Positions 13,591 through 28,321 of a DNA stretch of 64,000 bases are shown here, piece after piece. Below the pieces are notes generated by a model. It made no database searches, was not told the origin of the DNA, and saw nothing but the letters and a program-made list of their open reading frames with translations. How positions within the stretch are numbered: position 1 is the first letter of the stretch; each line of letters starts with the position of its first letter. This stretch comes from the human T2T-CHM13v2.0 reference genome, Homo sapiens, in assembly GCF_009914755.1 (NCBI RefSeq), contig NC_060942.1; one strand, 5' to 3'. The position numbers were made by a program, and so were the translations under genes.

Positions 13591-14119
13591 CTTGAATCTT
13601 GAAAGGCTACTGTTTCCAACAATGTCATGGACTAAGATAATGGTCTCCAAACTTTTCATTAATTTTTTTGTTGTGCACGTTTATGAAGAAGAAGTTTGTA
13701 AGCATGGACCCTTGACACATGTATATTTATAAATTTCATGTAAGTAGATATTCTAAATACTAGTAAAGCTTAATTGTTTTCATTTTGTGTTTTAAAAAAG
13801 AATTATGATATTTTTCTCCATGCCAAAGGAAGCCATCATAATGAGATTTTGGGTATAGTTGAAATATACCTTGAATTCTTTATTGCTGTTATATAATTTC
13901 AGTCACTTTCTTCTAAAACAGTGAGACATTCTCCAGAATCATGCCATATTTTCTTCTTGTTTAGTTTTCTCATTTTCTCTCTCTCCTTCCTTCAACCATA
14001 GGACGTGAACAGCAGAGATTAGGAATGAGGGAAAAATGGAGTGAAAAGTCTCCCAAATCTTTTTTATTCCCAGTTTAAGACAAGCTCACACTCTAGAAAC
14101 AGTCAAGAATTGTAAGCAT

Positions 14120-14866
14120 CTTTTTAATAATAGTTTTACTGAGATATCACATAACATAAAATTCATTTCTTGAAAGTGCATAATTTAATGTTTTTCAGTA
14201 TATTCACAGAGTTATGCAACCATCACCACTAACTAAGGATAGAACATTTTCACCCTCTGAAAAAGAAACCCAAATCCATTATTTGTCACTCCCCGATCAC
14301 CCCCAGCCTCTGGCGACCACTAATCTACTTTCTGTCTCTATGGATTTGACTATTCTGATCATTTCATATAAATGAAATCATACCATATGTGGCCTTTTGT
14401 GATTGCTTTTTTCACTCAGCATAATGTTTTCAAGGTTCATCCATGGCGTAGCATGCATTGAAACTTCATTCCTTGCTATGGTCAAATAATATTACATTGT
14501 ATGGATATACCACATTTAATGTATCTATTCATCAGCTGATGGATATTTGAGTTGCTTTCACTTTTTGGCTATTGTGAATAGTGCTGCTATGAACTTTTAT
14601 TTACGCTTTTATGTTTGCATTTCTCTTGTGTATATGGCTAGGAGCAGAATTGCTGGGTCACATGGTAAATGTACATTTAACATTTTAATGAAGTGCCAAA
14701 CTACTTTCCAAAGTGGCTGCGCTATTTTACATTCCCACTAGCAGGAATGTCTGAGGGCTCCAATTTCTTCACATTCTTGCCAATGCTTGTTCTTTTTTAT
14801 TTTAGCCATTTTAGGGGGGTGTAAAGTGGGATCTCATTGTGATTTTGATTTGCATTTTCCCTAATT
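14120..14866 (-). mobile_element. L1MB-type 3' end fragment
   Basis: ttttactgagata...ttatgcaaccatcaccact...ccactaatctactttctgtctctatggattt...ctttccaaagtggctg...tttgcattttccctaat. Confidence 0.9.
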
Positions 14867-15639
14867 ATTTGACATGTTTTTAAAAACTAGTTATTTAATT
14901 AACACTAAATAAATTATTAATATAAAATATTAATATTTATTTTCAGTGAATGAAACATGAAAGATGGCCAATTTCATCTGCACACAGAAGAGCATTCCAG
15001 TGCTCTGATAAAATGTTTAAAAATCACAATGTGAAAGCTAAGTAACCATTCCATTTAAAAATGTAATTTTAAATTTAGAAACTGCATATTTAAAATACAG
15101 TGCCACTAGATGTTATATATAATATTGCATATAATTGGATATGCAATATAACCCCCACCCCTGGACCATGGTCTCTGCAACATTTTAAAGGTTCTATGCA
15201 TCAACTGATCTCTTAAAACTGAGTCCGTGTTCTTAACCACAATGCTAATTTAATTAAGTAAGCCAGACATTTGATTAACATTTCCATCTCATTCACCAAA
15301 ACTTCTCCTACATTGGACTATATTTTAGAGCACTGTATTTTCTCCCTGTTTCTGCCATTCACCTTTAATTGAAATTCAGCATATTACTGTTAGTTATTAA
15401 TAAATATCAATCCTTCCTTTGCTTACATAGCAACAGTTTCTTAAATAAACAACCATTCTTAAAAAGTATCAGGAAGTGGAGGGCTTAGTGAGTAATATGG
15501 CTGATGGAAGCATCGATTCCTGAGCTGGACATTGAGAACATCATTAGAATCATTATACTGCTCTTGGCAGGAAGGGCTGCCACCCTCTGGGTTCTAAAAG
15601 TTTTGTTTCAAGAGGAAATAGTACCAAACGAAAGAGTAA

Positions 15640-15765
15640 CCTATTCAGTCATTCATTTCACAGATAAATAGTAAGGGCCTACCACGTGCCAGGAACTGTG
15701 CGCTGGACACACAGCAATGAACCAGACCCTCAAAGCCCTGCCCTCAAACAGCACACATTCTAATG
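15640..15765 (-). mobile_element. L2 3' end
   Basis: cattcattt...cctaccacgtgccaggaactgtgc...gccctgccctc...acattcta. Confidence 0.65.
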
Positions 15766-16509
15766 AAATGCCTTTCACCAGCCTCCTGCTGCCCTTGTGT
15801 AAGGAGCGGTGCCTGCCTCTGCAGCAGCCATTTTGCTTCTCTGGGGACAAAAGCCAACACACTGTGGATGACAACGCTTCAAAACAGAAAGAAACTCCTT
15901 TAAATGAGTGCGAATGGCTCAAGGCCCCAAAGCAATTCACTTTCAGTGGTCAGGGTTTTCTACTTCTGATTCTCAGAGCTTACTTTCAGGGAGCTAATGT
16001 CCAGAGGAAAAAAGCAAAACAAAAAACAAACAAACAAACAAAAACCTCATTCAGACTGTCCAGATCATGGCCCCAATTGCTAGTTGAAACTCTTCTGAGG
16101 AGTGAAAACATCCAGAGGATGTATTTCTCTAACAGGCGTTTTCCACATACACCTGTTTTCAGACTGGAAATACCGGACTTCCAGAACAATGCCTTGTCCC
16201 TTGGGGTCAATTCCTCTAACTGCTGATCTCCTTTCTCTTGCAAAGCTCCCAGACAGCTAGCCTACGGTAGCTCTGATGTAGCTAAACCTCAAACTGCTCA
16301 GAATCTCTATAAAAGCCTCAATTCCCAGGACATTTCTAGCTCAAGTCTCTAAGTGTACCTGTGCTCTCAGGGCATAAATTGAGCAAGACCCTGAGGATCT
16401 CTAATCTGATGCCTTTTTTGATGGCCCAGGGGAGGAAGATACTAAAAAATTGAACTTAAAGGGCCCACCAGAAACACAAAAATTTTAAAAACAAAAACAA
16501 CAACAACAA

Positions 16510-16680
16510 CAGATTCAACTAGGTCTCCCTGTTAAATACTCTCATAGCACCTGGCACTTTTCTTTTGTGGCATTTGTCACAGCTTATTATTCAATACTTG
16601 TTAGTATTTATATTTGATTCATAAAGAAAGGAACCTTACCTGTTTTGCTCACCCCTGTATTCCCAGGGGATGAATGAATG
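16510..16680 (+). mobile_element. L2 3' end
   Basis: ctctcatagcacctggcac...ttttgctcacccctgtattccca...gaatgaatg. Confidence 0.55.
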
Positions 16681-18879
16681 CATGCTTTCATTCATTCGTT
16701 GGGCCATGCAAGTCTTAACATGGAAAACTGACCTCTTTTAGTTTATGGCATGTCCTTGCCCTTAAGAATGGAAGTCCTGACATCACAAAACATGTTGATT
16801 ACCTGTCCATTACTTCATGGCTATTAGTTGACAACTGGGGATTCTTGTAGGCTTACCCACTTCAGGGACCACACACAATAGAATCTCCTTTCCAAGTTGC
16901 CTATGTGTGGGTTAGTAATCCACTCTGTCCCCTGAATATGCTGCCGGCTTCTGATTGCCCCACCAAGCCAGGAGTCAGGTTCCAGCTCTCTCTAAAAGAA
17001 GATCCTTGAGATTGTAGGTTGTGCAGCCAATTATACCTAAGCTCAGTTTGGGTTTATTCAGTTTCCAAAATTGCCAAAAAAGACAGTTGACAATATCCAA
17101 GATCCTTTTAGAATGGAGTGTATGAAGTGCCACATATTCAAAATATGCCTTTTCCTTCAACTTATTACTAAAGAACATCCTTAAGGTGTCAGATTTGTTC
17201 ATCATTTGGATTTGTATCGGTAACTGTTACATCATTAATGTTATGGACATTCTGAGTTGTAATGTAAATTCTTTAGTGAACACTAAAATGTCATTCTCCA
17301 AGATTTGGGTCCTGCTTAATATTGTATCATTTTAATCTCCTATAGCACACACTTTAGCACCTTCATTTTATTCCCCTAAGAAACTTTTCCTAAAATTCAG
17401 ATGCTAAAAATGTAAACCTAAATTTAAGCCTATACTAAACACTTGAGCATTCTTTTGTGTACAGAGATAAGCAGAACGGAGGTGACTCTGCCATGAAAGC
17501 GGTGAGGCTCAGCCTCAAGGCCTTCAGTGCTTCCTCCAAGGCCCTGACAGGGACCCCAGCAGTGTGCTCATGAAATCACATATATTTTTATACATTTTAC
17601 AGAAGTAAAATGCTTATGTATTATTTTTATAAAAAGGCCCCCAAATTGAATAAGCATAACAAAACCTATATCTACCACCAAAGCTGAAGCTAGAAAACTG
17701 ATATTGATCTGTTTCTCACCTCCTAATAGATGATTCCTTTCAGTTGGGAAGACCTACCCGAATTATTTTTCCTGCCACTTTGACCTTTTTTTTGTCTTTT
17801 TAAAAATAAACCATCCTAGCCTGTTCTTTATGAAAAAAGAGAGATCACCAATTATGCTACACGGTTTTCTTCTGAGCTTCAGTTTAGTCTTTGTGAATGT
17901 GTAGCATTCTATTGGGGGTAAAAATCTGCACAGAGTCTCTTCCAGCTGCCTAACCCCAAATTAGTCTCCGAGTGCAAATCGGTCTACTTCAAAATAACTG
18001 AAAAATTATTATACTTATTTTCATTTGAGCATATACAACCCTACCAAACCTGCACATAGAAAAATAATTATCTCTTCTTTATGAATATTTGGGAAAGCCA
18101 TGGTCTCCATCACAGAAATATATGTACCTACACACACATACACACACGCACATGCATAAAGTACATATCCACAAACATACACATATATATGAAATCTTTA
18201 GAAAAGAATATGTTTTGACTGCAGGGATGGATTTTGTATGAATAGAACCCTGAGGCATCTAACAGCTTAAATAATGGTTTCTATTCCAGGGAAGAAAAAA
18301 TATTTTTCCTTGATAGCACTTTTTATATTCACTGCATTGGAATTACTTTTTCAAAATTCTGCCAGTGAAGACTTATCATATGTGGGTGCCATAGCTGTAA
18401 CATAAAGATAAGGATTGAAGCAAATACCACTCATAAGCTCATGAGCCTGTAAATTGGAACTATCCTTCATAACACAAAGCTTTTTACCAGTCCAAAAATT
18501 TTTCTTAAAGGCAAGACAGGAGTTTTCTCCTACAGAATTTTCCTTCTCCAATTGCTTGAACCTTTTCAACTGCTTGAATTTTATTTGTTCACAGACTATT
18601 TATGAGAGAAAGATACAAACAACATCTATAGTCTATAGAAAATGTAGAAAATAACTTTTGGTTAAATTTTTTATCAGTTCTAGATTCAGATAGCTACGAA
18701 AGCATTTCAATAAAGCACACAGTGTTATTCCTACTGATTGAGGAAAATCATTAAAATCTATATAAAACCTAATAAATAATATAATTGTCACCGAGGGTTT
18801 TTGAAGGAAATAACTTGGTTTCAAAATGGCATTAGAATGTCTTAATAAGCCACCCACAACCCCAAGTTCTTTAAGCCTC

Positions 18880-19150
18880 AGTCTAAACATAGGAGTATCA
18901 CTTCTTCTTACCCGCCCACCACTCCAGATGAGGTCAACCTTCCCATTAGAAGCTTTTTAGCTCCCTGCACTGACCCTTCACTGTTGGGAACAATGGAGTG
19001 ATCTGTGTGGTTGTTTCACGTTCCTGTGTCTGAGAAACCATAAGTACCACAAAAGAAGGGGCCTTGTGTATTTTACCCATCACTGTATTCCCACTTCTGA
19101 CCGCTGTCTAGGAAGAAAGTCAATATTTGTTAGGTGAATGAATAGATGAA
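18880..19150 (+). mobile_element. L2 3' end
   Basis: tttacccatcactgtattcccac...caatatttgttaggtgaatgaatagatgaat. Confidence 0.5.
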
Positions 19151-21367
19151 TCAGCCATAGAAATATTAAATATTCCTTTCTTGGATCTGTTTTTCTGAGA
19201 CAGGGAAAGAAAATCAATTGAATGATATTTTTGCTATTATTTGCTATAAATTTTTACTCTTACCATAATAGATTGCAGAGTTTAAAGCGGCTCCTAACAA
19301 CCCTTCTATGTGCCCTCTTCTATTTGATGTGCTCTGCAGTCTCCTTCCTGTCTGAGGAGCCAGATGGGTCAGTCTGAGACAGCTGTGAATACTAACTTTA
19401 TTTTTTAAAATTATGATCATTGCATTATACCATGTAAAAATAAAGCAGTCTAGAAAGTGATGCTTAATCCTTTCTTACTGCCCCATTCAGTACCATAGGC
19501 TATTAAACCTCCTCCAAATACAGGGGCCTACAAACAGCTTTCTCATTAAGCATCTTATATTGTTTCAAGGGGAGATGTGGGTTTTTATAAAGGATCTCTA
19601 CCTACTCTGTTAACATGCAGTAATGCCCTTTGCTATCACAGAATCATGCAGCAACTTGCAAATTAATACATGGACCACTGCTGCTCATAATACAAACATA
19701 GCACCCACAGGCCATCAGGGCTTCATGTAACAATCCTAATTCTTTAATAATTTGGAGTTGTTTTTCCTGTTTATACCAGAACTTGCACTCTGCTTTATTA
19801 TTGTTGAGGAAGGGGCTCAATATTTCTTTCATAAAGATAATTGTTTCTGTGGGATTTGGGGGCTTTTCTACCTCCCCCATTTTAGAGACGCCTGTGTGGC
19901 TGAAAACACATAAAATGGAGATGCACCTCTTCATTAAAAAACTTTAACCTCTCACTAATGATGATATTAATACCCAGCGTGCGATAAACACCTGAGATGT
20001 ACTTTGTCCTAAACAACACAGCTTTAGAGAACCTTGTAGTCAATAAAATAAAATACCCCTTTCTCTTTAATTAACATATGAAATAAACACAATCTGTGAC
20101 ACCTAGTGTGCAGCAGCAATTAAGAGGCATTGCTTAGTTAAACCTCCTAATACCTCATTTAAATATGCAATTAAGGGATAATTACCTTCAATCAATAAAA
20201 AAATTGAAATATTTCGCAGGGGCTTCAATTATTCTTTGCTAGGCTTTCTACTTTACACTTGGCCAGCGCTCAGCCTGTCAGCCTTACTCCTTTGGTTAAA
20301 GTGACATTACCCTCTTTTTTTGCTACTGGCTTTTAAGCATGCCATTAACATTGCAAGAGGCCAATAACCATGCTAAGCCTTAGAAATCATCCCTTTTGGC
20401 CTCAGCTAGAATTTCTATGGCTGTGAAATTGCTTCTTTGTGACTTGCCTCAGGTTATGTTCTTTGTTTTTACTCAGCCTAAAGACCTCCATTTTCATCTG
20501 GTTGCAAAGGATTCTACAGTAAAGGGGCAACAATTTGCTGACTTCCTATGGATGCACCAAAATGCAGTGTGCACAAAAAGCATACTGTGGCCATCAAATT
20601 TGTTGGTGCATTTACTTTGGCGGGGCTGGGCTTTATCCCTTAGCCTCCTTCATACAAACTCAAGTTAAGAATGTAAGTATTTACAAACTGTGGTGCACAT
20701 AGAAAGAAATATTTTTAAACTGAACCTTCATACAAACCCTGGGAAGTATGTGAAGTGAATTGGGAAGTACAATAACCATCACCAGAGAGGATCAAGGAAT
20801 AAGTAAAAGAGTTAGCTGTGTGGGCAGGAAAGCATAACTAAATATTCATCCCAGAAAGGGGCAAATTGAATAAATATGTTGGGTTGACAAGGGATGGTCT
20901 GAAGTGCTGAAGCTGACTGGCAAATGCAAATATTAAGCAATAATCTTATAAGATAAACCATAAAATAAGAGAATATAGTCAATCAGCAAGGAATAAATAC
21001 CCAATGGACAAAGCCAAGTGAAGGATTAGGTGGCATCTGATGAATTTAGGGCTATGTAGACAGCTCTGCTCCATAATTCAGGCCATAGAAAATGCTGCAG
21101 CCTGAATTATCTAAATTGTTGGCCCAGCACACACCTAAACTTCTACTTTGCTTTGATTGAGTAGACTTTAAAAGATCAATGTCGTTTTGCTCTGAACATG
21201 AAAAATAACATAATTAGATCATAACTCTGAAATGTGAAAACTGTGTGCTCTTCAGTTTGGAGTACTCACCCCTGAAGGCCTAGAGGAAGCCGAGCTAAGC
21301 TGCAATTACCCAGCCCCTTCGAGATGGAAAGATCCAAAAGAAAGCTAAGGAACAGATGAAATCTGTA

Positions 21368-21792
21368 CGGTTAATCCTTGAGGTTGAACTGCACAGGTCC
21401 ACTTACAGGGGGATTTTCTTCTAGCTCTGCCACCCCTAAGACAGCAAGACCAATCCCTCCTCTTTTCCCTCTTCCTCCTCTACAGGAAGACCATGAGGAT
21501 GAAGACCTTTGTGATGATCCACTTCCACTTAATAAATAGTAAATACATTTTCTTTTCCTTATGATTTTCTATATAACATTTTCTCCTCTCAAGCTTACTT
21601 TAATGTACAAATACAGTATATAATACATATAACATACAAAATATGTGTTAATTTACTCTTTATGATATTATAAGTCTTCCAGTCAATGGTAGGCTATTCG
21701 TAGTTACGTTTCTGGGGACTCAAATGTTATGTGTGGATTTTTGAAAGTGTGAGTGCTGGGAGAGCACCCCAGCATGGTTCCAGAGTCAGCTG
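21368..21792 (+). mobile_element. Tigger2a (MER28) TcMar-Tigger non-autonomous DNA transposon
   Basis: ta|cggttaatccttgaggttgaactgcacaggtccacttac...gaggatgaagacctttgtgatgatccacttccacttaat...agagtcagctg; decayed TIRs, TA at left end. Confidence 0.9.
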
Positions 21793-22069
21793 CACACACA
21801 GAGTTTGGCAATCCTGCTGAAACTCTAACATTTTCTTTTCTCCCTATTTGTTAATCCTTCTGGTCTAATCCATTTCAGCTGACTGAGGCACACTGGCCCC
21901 TCTTAGAGAGGGAAGCTACTTCAATACCCACACACAAGTACACAAAATCTAACCCTTAATTGTCCTACTCTCACACCCTGAGTGATTCAACATTGTGACC
22001 TCATTTCCATAGGCCTTCCACTGGGTATTTGGGGCAACTTTTATTTCTCACCAGTCTCAACCAATCTTC

Positions 22070-22290
22070 ATTGATAATAACAGTATATTAATAATCCCAA
22101 AGACTGTTCTAACTGCATTACATAGGATGTTTCATGTAATCCTCATAGCCCCAAAAGGAGGGTAAATCATCAGCCTCATTTTACAGATGAAAAAACTGTG
22201 GCACTGAAAGATTATATTACTAGAAATAGCTGAAATATAAATTCAAGACCATTTGGTGCCAGAGTTCACAGGATTAGCTACTATATTTAA
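22070..22290 (-). mobile_element. MIR
   Basis: taatcctcatagcccc...cctcattttacagatgaaaaaactgtggcactga (MIR core). Confidence 0.75.
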
Positions 22291-22939
22291 CACACTCTCC
22301 AGAGTCTCAGTTTCCAAAAGTGTGACACACATTTCATGGGTTGATTCAATTAATTCGAAACAATATAAACTCCGTATGTCAGGTTTTCATCTTCATGGCT
22401 TCAATGATCCTCAAGAGAATTGAAAACTAACCACAATATTCATGTTTTTCTAGAAAACAATCCTCCATATTCATTCATTCATTCAGTAGACATCGAGTCA
22501 CTATAATATTCATCAGGCATCACTGTGCTAAAATAGAGATAAAGAAATGAATCATCTTTCCCTGTACCTGTTTCCTCATTCATCTTCCAACCTGCATTAG
22601 TGAAATTAGGTTGAGAGATATGAAATTATCATTATTCAATTGTTCCTGACCTACAAAACCAGCAATCTTGTATAGTTCAATCAAATGAAATAAAACAAAC
22701 AAAAAACCTTTGGTGGCTTTCCAACCTATACAGGGCAAAGCTGAGTCTTCAGAGAATGCCAGAATGTGGTCCTTGCTTCCCTATTCAGGTCCATTTCTTG
22801 CTATGTTGCCTGCCTTCTCATTTTCACTCTTCCTCCTATAGGGCCAGTCTCATGTGCCTACCCCTTCAAGAGGGCTTTCTCCTGCTCACTCTTTCTTAGG
22901 AGATACTTGCTGATCAATTTCTCATCCCCCTACACCTTT

Positions 22940-23335
22940 TGCTGAGTATTCCCAGAATACAAATTCCTGACCACCCTTTACTTGGTCCATTTCTCAGGGT
23001 TGTGTTTGCAGTGAGTAACCTTCAGAGACAAGGTAATGTCTCCCTCAGGGGCAACAAGCAAGCTTGTTTATTGCTTATTATAAAACAATAGATTCCCCAA
23101 GTTCAACATTCCTCAGCTGCAATGGAAGCCCATCCGGGCCCATGATTTTGCCCCAGTGAACTTAGGAGACAGGGAAATTGATGTACATGCTGATACTCAT
23201 GTTGCTTGCTCTGCAGTGGGTAATGAAGTCCTTTGTTTCTGACCCAGGAGTCTTATGTCTTCTGCCAGCATCCATGAACAAATTTTAGACCAATTTGTTA
23301 AAGTGTAAGTAGGGTAAAATCAAGTCCTAGAACGA
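22940..23335 (+). mobile_element. Solo ERVL LTR (MER68/MER77-like) inside an L2 fossil
   Basis: agtcctttgtttctgacccaggagtcttatgtcttctgccagcatccatgaa...taagtagggtaaaatc; L2-like flanks. Confidence 0.65.
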
Positions 23336-23719
23336 ATACTCTTATGATGCAAGGCAAACATTTTCTATGTGAAACCCCAATTGTTCAAGTGGAGTTCATC
23401 ATTTCATCCTTTGTGCCAGCACAATGCTTGGTGGGCTCCCGAATTATTACGCTAAATAATATTTGTATTGATGAGATTAACATGCAGCTACTAAGCTGTT
23501 CACTCAGTGACAGTGGGGCAATAGTTCACTTTTTGTTGTTGTTATGCAAACTTCCCAGCATGGTTCTTGAGAATTAGTGATCATTCAAAAAATACTGAAT
23601 TAAATTGTTGAATGGATTGTACAGTATTCATGCACTGTAATAGCTTATAACCTAAATGTGTTTTGTTGTTAACTTTTTGTTTAAATACAGTGATTTTTTG
23701 GCAGGAAAGGATAAATCAT

Positions 23720-24720
23720 GATTTTTTTTAATACAAAGTTATATAAATTGAAAGCAAAAGTCCCTGTTTCTTCCATCAGTACCATACTTCAGAGGTAGCT
23801 TTTGGTTTGGTTTATGGCCTTCGGATATTTTCTTTGCATATTCAAACATTCATGTCTACTTTTTTTCTTTAGGTAGGTTAAATCACACTACAAAAATACA
23901 AATCTAGTTTTTTCATTTAACTACATATTATGGATAGCTTTTCAAGTCAATACATATTTTATTATTTTTAATGGCTAATAGTATTTGTTTACTAGCTTAT
24001 GGTTATAGGCTGCCTAATTGATTTAACTAATCCTCCAAAGGTGAACATTTGGTTTTTTTCAATTTTTGCTATTATAAATTATTCTGCAATGAACAATTTT
24101 ATAAGACTTCTCTGCCTGGTTCTGATTATACCAGTCAAAGAAATACCTAGAAGTAGAATTTACTGATAAAGACACATGTGAATTTTAAGCTTTTATATGT
24201 ATGTATCAAAGGCAAATTGTTCTCCCAAAACATGTGCTAATTTACATACCTACCAAAAACGTGAGTGTGCTTGTTTCTCCACACCCTCTTGAATACCAGG
24301 CATTGTTCTTCATATTTTTCCAAGGAACTGTCTCTATCTCTAATTTCTATTTAGTTCAGCATATTTTATATATGTATTGCTATTTGCGTTTTCTTTTCTG
24401 TGAATTACCTGTTACTTTCCTTTCTATCACCACATGCTGGTTGATTTTTAAGAGTACTCTGTGAATTAAGAAAATTCACCCCCTGTCATGTGTTTTGCAA
24501 AAATTTTCCTCAGGTTTTACTTTTATTCTTGCTTATGGTATTTTGTTTCTATTTAGACATTATTCAGTTTTTTTATTTAATCAGATTTGTCTTTCCAACT
24601 TCTGGGTTAATAGTTGTTTATTGTTCTCGTTGTTTTATTTAAATGTTTATTCCATCTTGAATTTGTTTTGAGCTATGATATGAGTTAGGAATCCAACTTT
24701 TTATGCCTTTTAAATAACTG
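23720..24720 (-). mobile_element. Ancient L1ME-type fossil
   Basis: tttttgctattataaattattctgcaatgaaca...cctagaagtagaatt...tttctccacaccctc...tttctgtgaattacctgtt. Confidence 0.65.
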
Positions 24721-25429
24721 CACCCTAAATGTTTAAAAAATATATTTCTTCTCAAACATGGACACGCATGATGCCTGTGTTTCCTCCTGTCATGTCATTA
24801 TGAAGACAATGTTAAAATGAATTTTTCATAAAGAATACTTGTGGAGTTGCAAGTACTTTTGTATAAGCAATACAATAAGCATTATTAGTATTAACTGCAG
24901 AAATTGATACAAATCATTGCTACCCTCTCCAAGGCATTCTGGATGTTTTGGGTTTGCCTGAATTAAGTAATACTTGAAATGACAAAGCTACTATTTAGGA
25001 TTCAGAACTTGCTTTGTTATATAATTTCTTGCTTTGCTAGTTGATTCTTAAGGTCACCAAAGGTGGCCAAAAGGCAGTGAGGTTCAGGAAAGGGAACTGA
25101 AATTCTGAAAGTCTGGACTCTGGTCCCATTTGGAGGACATAGTGAGCTTGCAGTCCCAGCTGTTATCACTCAAGGAGAAAAGCAAAAAATGGAACCCAAA
25201 GATGGCTGGATGTCAAGGAAAAACCAAAGCAGGTGGGGTGGGATTATAAGGAAGAGATATCAAATCCAGACAGAGGGGAATTTGAGAAAGAGCACATGGT
25301 TTGTGAAGGGTCCTGAGAGCTGGAGACCTCCCTTTGCCTGCCTTGAGCCTGCCTGTGGGTTCTGTCCCAGGCTTCCTGGGCCTCTCCCCCAGCCCTTTAC
25401 CCTTCTGCCTTCTGCTCCTCACCAGTTCA

Positions 25430-25800
25430 GTGCAAGAATACACTCATTCAGTGAATATGTATTGATCACTTACTATGTATAGGTAACACACAAGATTCGG
25501 TCCCTGCCTTTTTAGAGCTCCCATTCTAGCAGGAAAGATATATATAAAACCATTCATTATTTACTTTTCATTACAATAAAACAGAGGACCATGCTATGAG
25601 AGTAAGTAGGTAACTGGACCCAAGCAAAGGGCTGAGGAAAGGCGTTTTTGGTGAAATGAACTCAAAAACATGAGTAAGAATTAACTAGCTGGGGTGGAAA
25701 CAGGGTGCACCACCAACAGACAGTGGAAACTACTGAGCGAAGGTGGGGAGGCAGGAAGGAGCACGGATTGCGACTGTCTTTCACAGCAGGATAAGGTGAG
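25430..25800 (-). mobile_element. L2 fossil
   Basis: ctcattcagtgaatatgtattgatcacttactatgt...ggtccctgcctttttagagctcccattctag. Confidence 0.65.
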
Positions 25801-25917
25801 TGAGTTGGAGGCACCTAAGGAGGCAAAGAGCTGGATGCAGGCAGGAGTCCCATACTCTCTGTCTTAGGCTATGAGTAAGGAGTGCAGGGTAAGTGCATGT
25901 GAGCTCTGCTGCAAACT

Positions 25918-26096
25918 CAGGGGCTGCCCACTCTACTTTAGGGACCAAGAAGGTTGGGTCCAGGGCAGTGAGGCCTGGATTTGTATGTTAAATCTCTGGA
26001 TATTAAATGTTGCCTGAATTTAAAACAAAAACAAACTCTGAGTAAATAAAATACATACAGTCTTCAAACCTGCAGGTAGCGAGGTTGCAACCACAG
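25918..26096 (+). mobile_element. MER102-like hAT fragment
   Basis: cagggctgcc...aaatctctggatattaaatgttg...ggttgcaaccac. Confidence 0.45.
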
Positions 26097-26524
26097 GATT
26101 AGAGGATCTACAAGGTGTTTTATAGCTCCTAAGTTGTATGATCTGTGACTTAACAATTTATAATGACCTTCCCCTTTGTAGGAGCAAAACAAACATTGCT
26201 TTCTGTTTCTCTAACAGAGTTTATTTCGATATGTACCATTTTTGAATAAATAGCTCATTTCTGAAAGCTTGAATTTATATTGGTTTTTATCAGCCCTCTT
26301 TAGTTTATTAAATCATAAAGGTCTTTCAAAAGTCAATTAAGCATATTAGAATTCACAATACTAAAATTTTTAATAACTAGGAGCAAGGTAAGGGCCTGTA
26401 TTTAAATGATGGTTGAGATACTGAACTACGGGCACATTTATATTAGGAACACTTAAGTTTTCATTTTCTTAAAGACTTCACACAGCCTTGCATATGCATT
26501 CCATTTAAAATATAGTCAAAATTG

Positions 26525-26820
<296 letters not shown>

Positions 26821-27059
26821 TTAGCATTTCTGAAATTGTTCTGAAGTAATTTGGTATATGTAAGCCAATTACCTACACTTTTACAAGATTTAACTGCTGT
26901 GTTGACAGTGTTATAGTCAGTTGTATGCTTAATCACTCTCAATCAACACATTAACCCACTTTAACAAGTTTGAACGTGTACAGTAAAGGGGACCTGTCAA
27001 AACTGCTTCATTGTTCTGGGTTTGAGTGGGTATTTTTTTTAACATTAAAAAAATAATTT

Positions 27060-27690
<631 letters not shown>

Positions 27691-28018
27691 CTTTGGCAGA
27701 TTTACTGAAAAGATCTTTGAGACAGATGCTCAAGTTACACTGGTAATATCAAATTACACTATGAAAGAGAATAGTAGGCTGATTAATTTTGATGTTATCA
27801 AATAAAATTCATACAAGGTATGCTATTTTTGAAAATAAAAGGAGGAAAGAATAACACAAAATGGATGTTTTCACAAATTCCAAAGCAATGTTGTGTCAGA
27901 AGATAAATAACGTTATGGTTGCGTTTTTTCCTATCTTCCTTGGACAAAAAAATATCAAGTTCCTGATTTAGTTAAATGACAGGATAAACAAACATACTGA
28001 TTTACATTAGAAAAAGAG

Positions 28019-28321
<303 letters not shown>

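Noticed and set aside
15717-16226. 169-aa ORF, the longest outside the L1
   Set aside because: Starts in an L2 fossil, crosses an (AAAC)n run and resembles no protein I know.
16670-16695. Inverted repeat atgaatgaa / ttcattcat
   Set aside because: Low-complexity L2 tail motif with a short stem.
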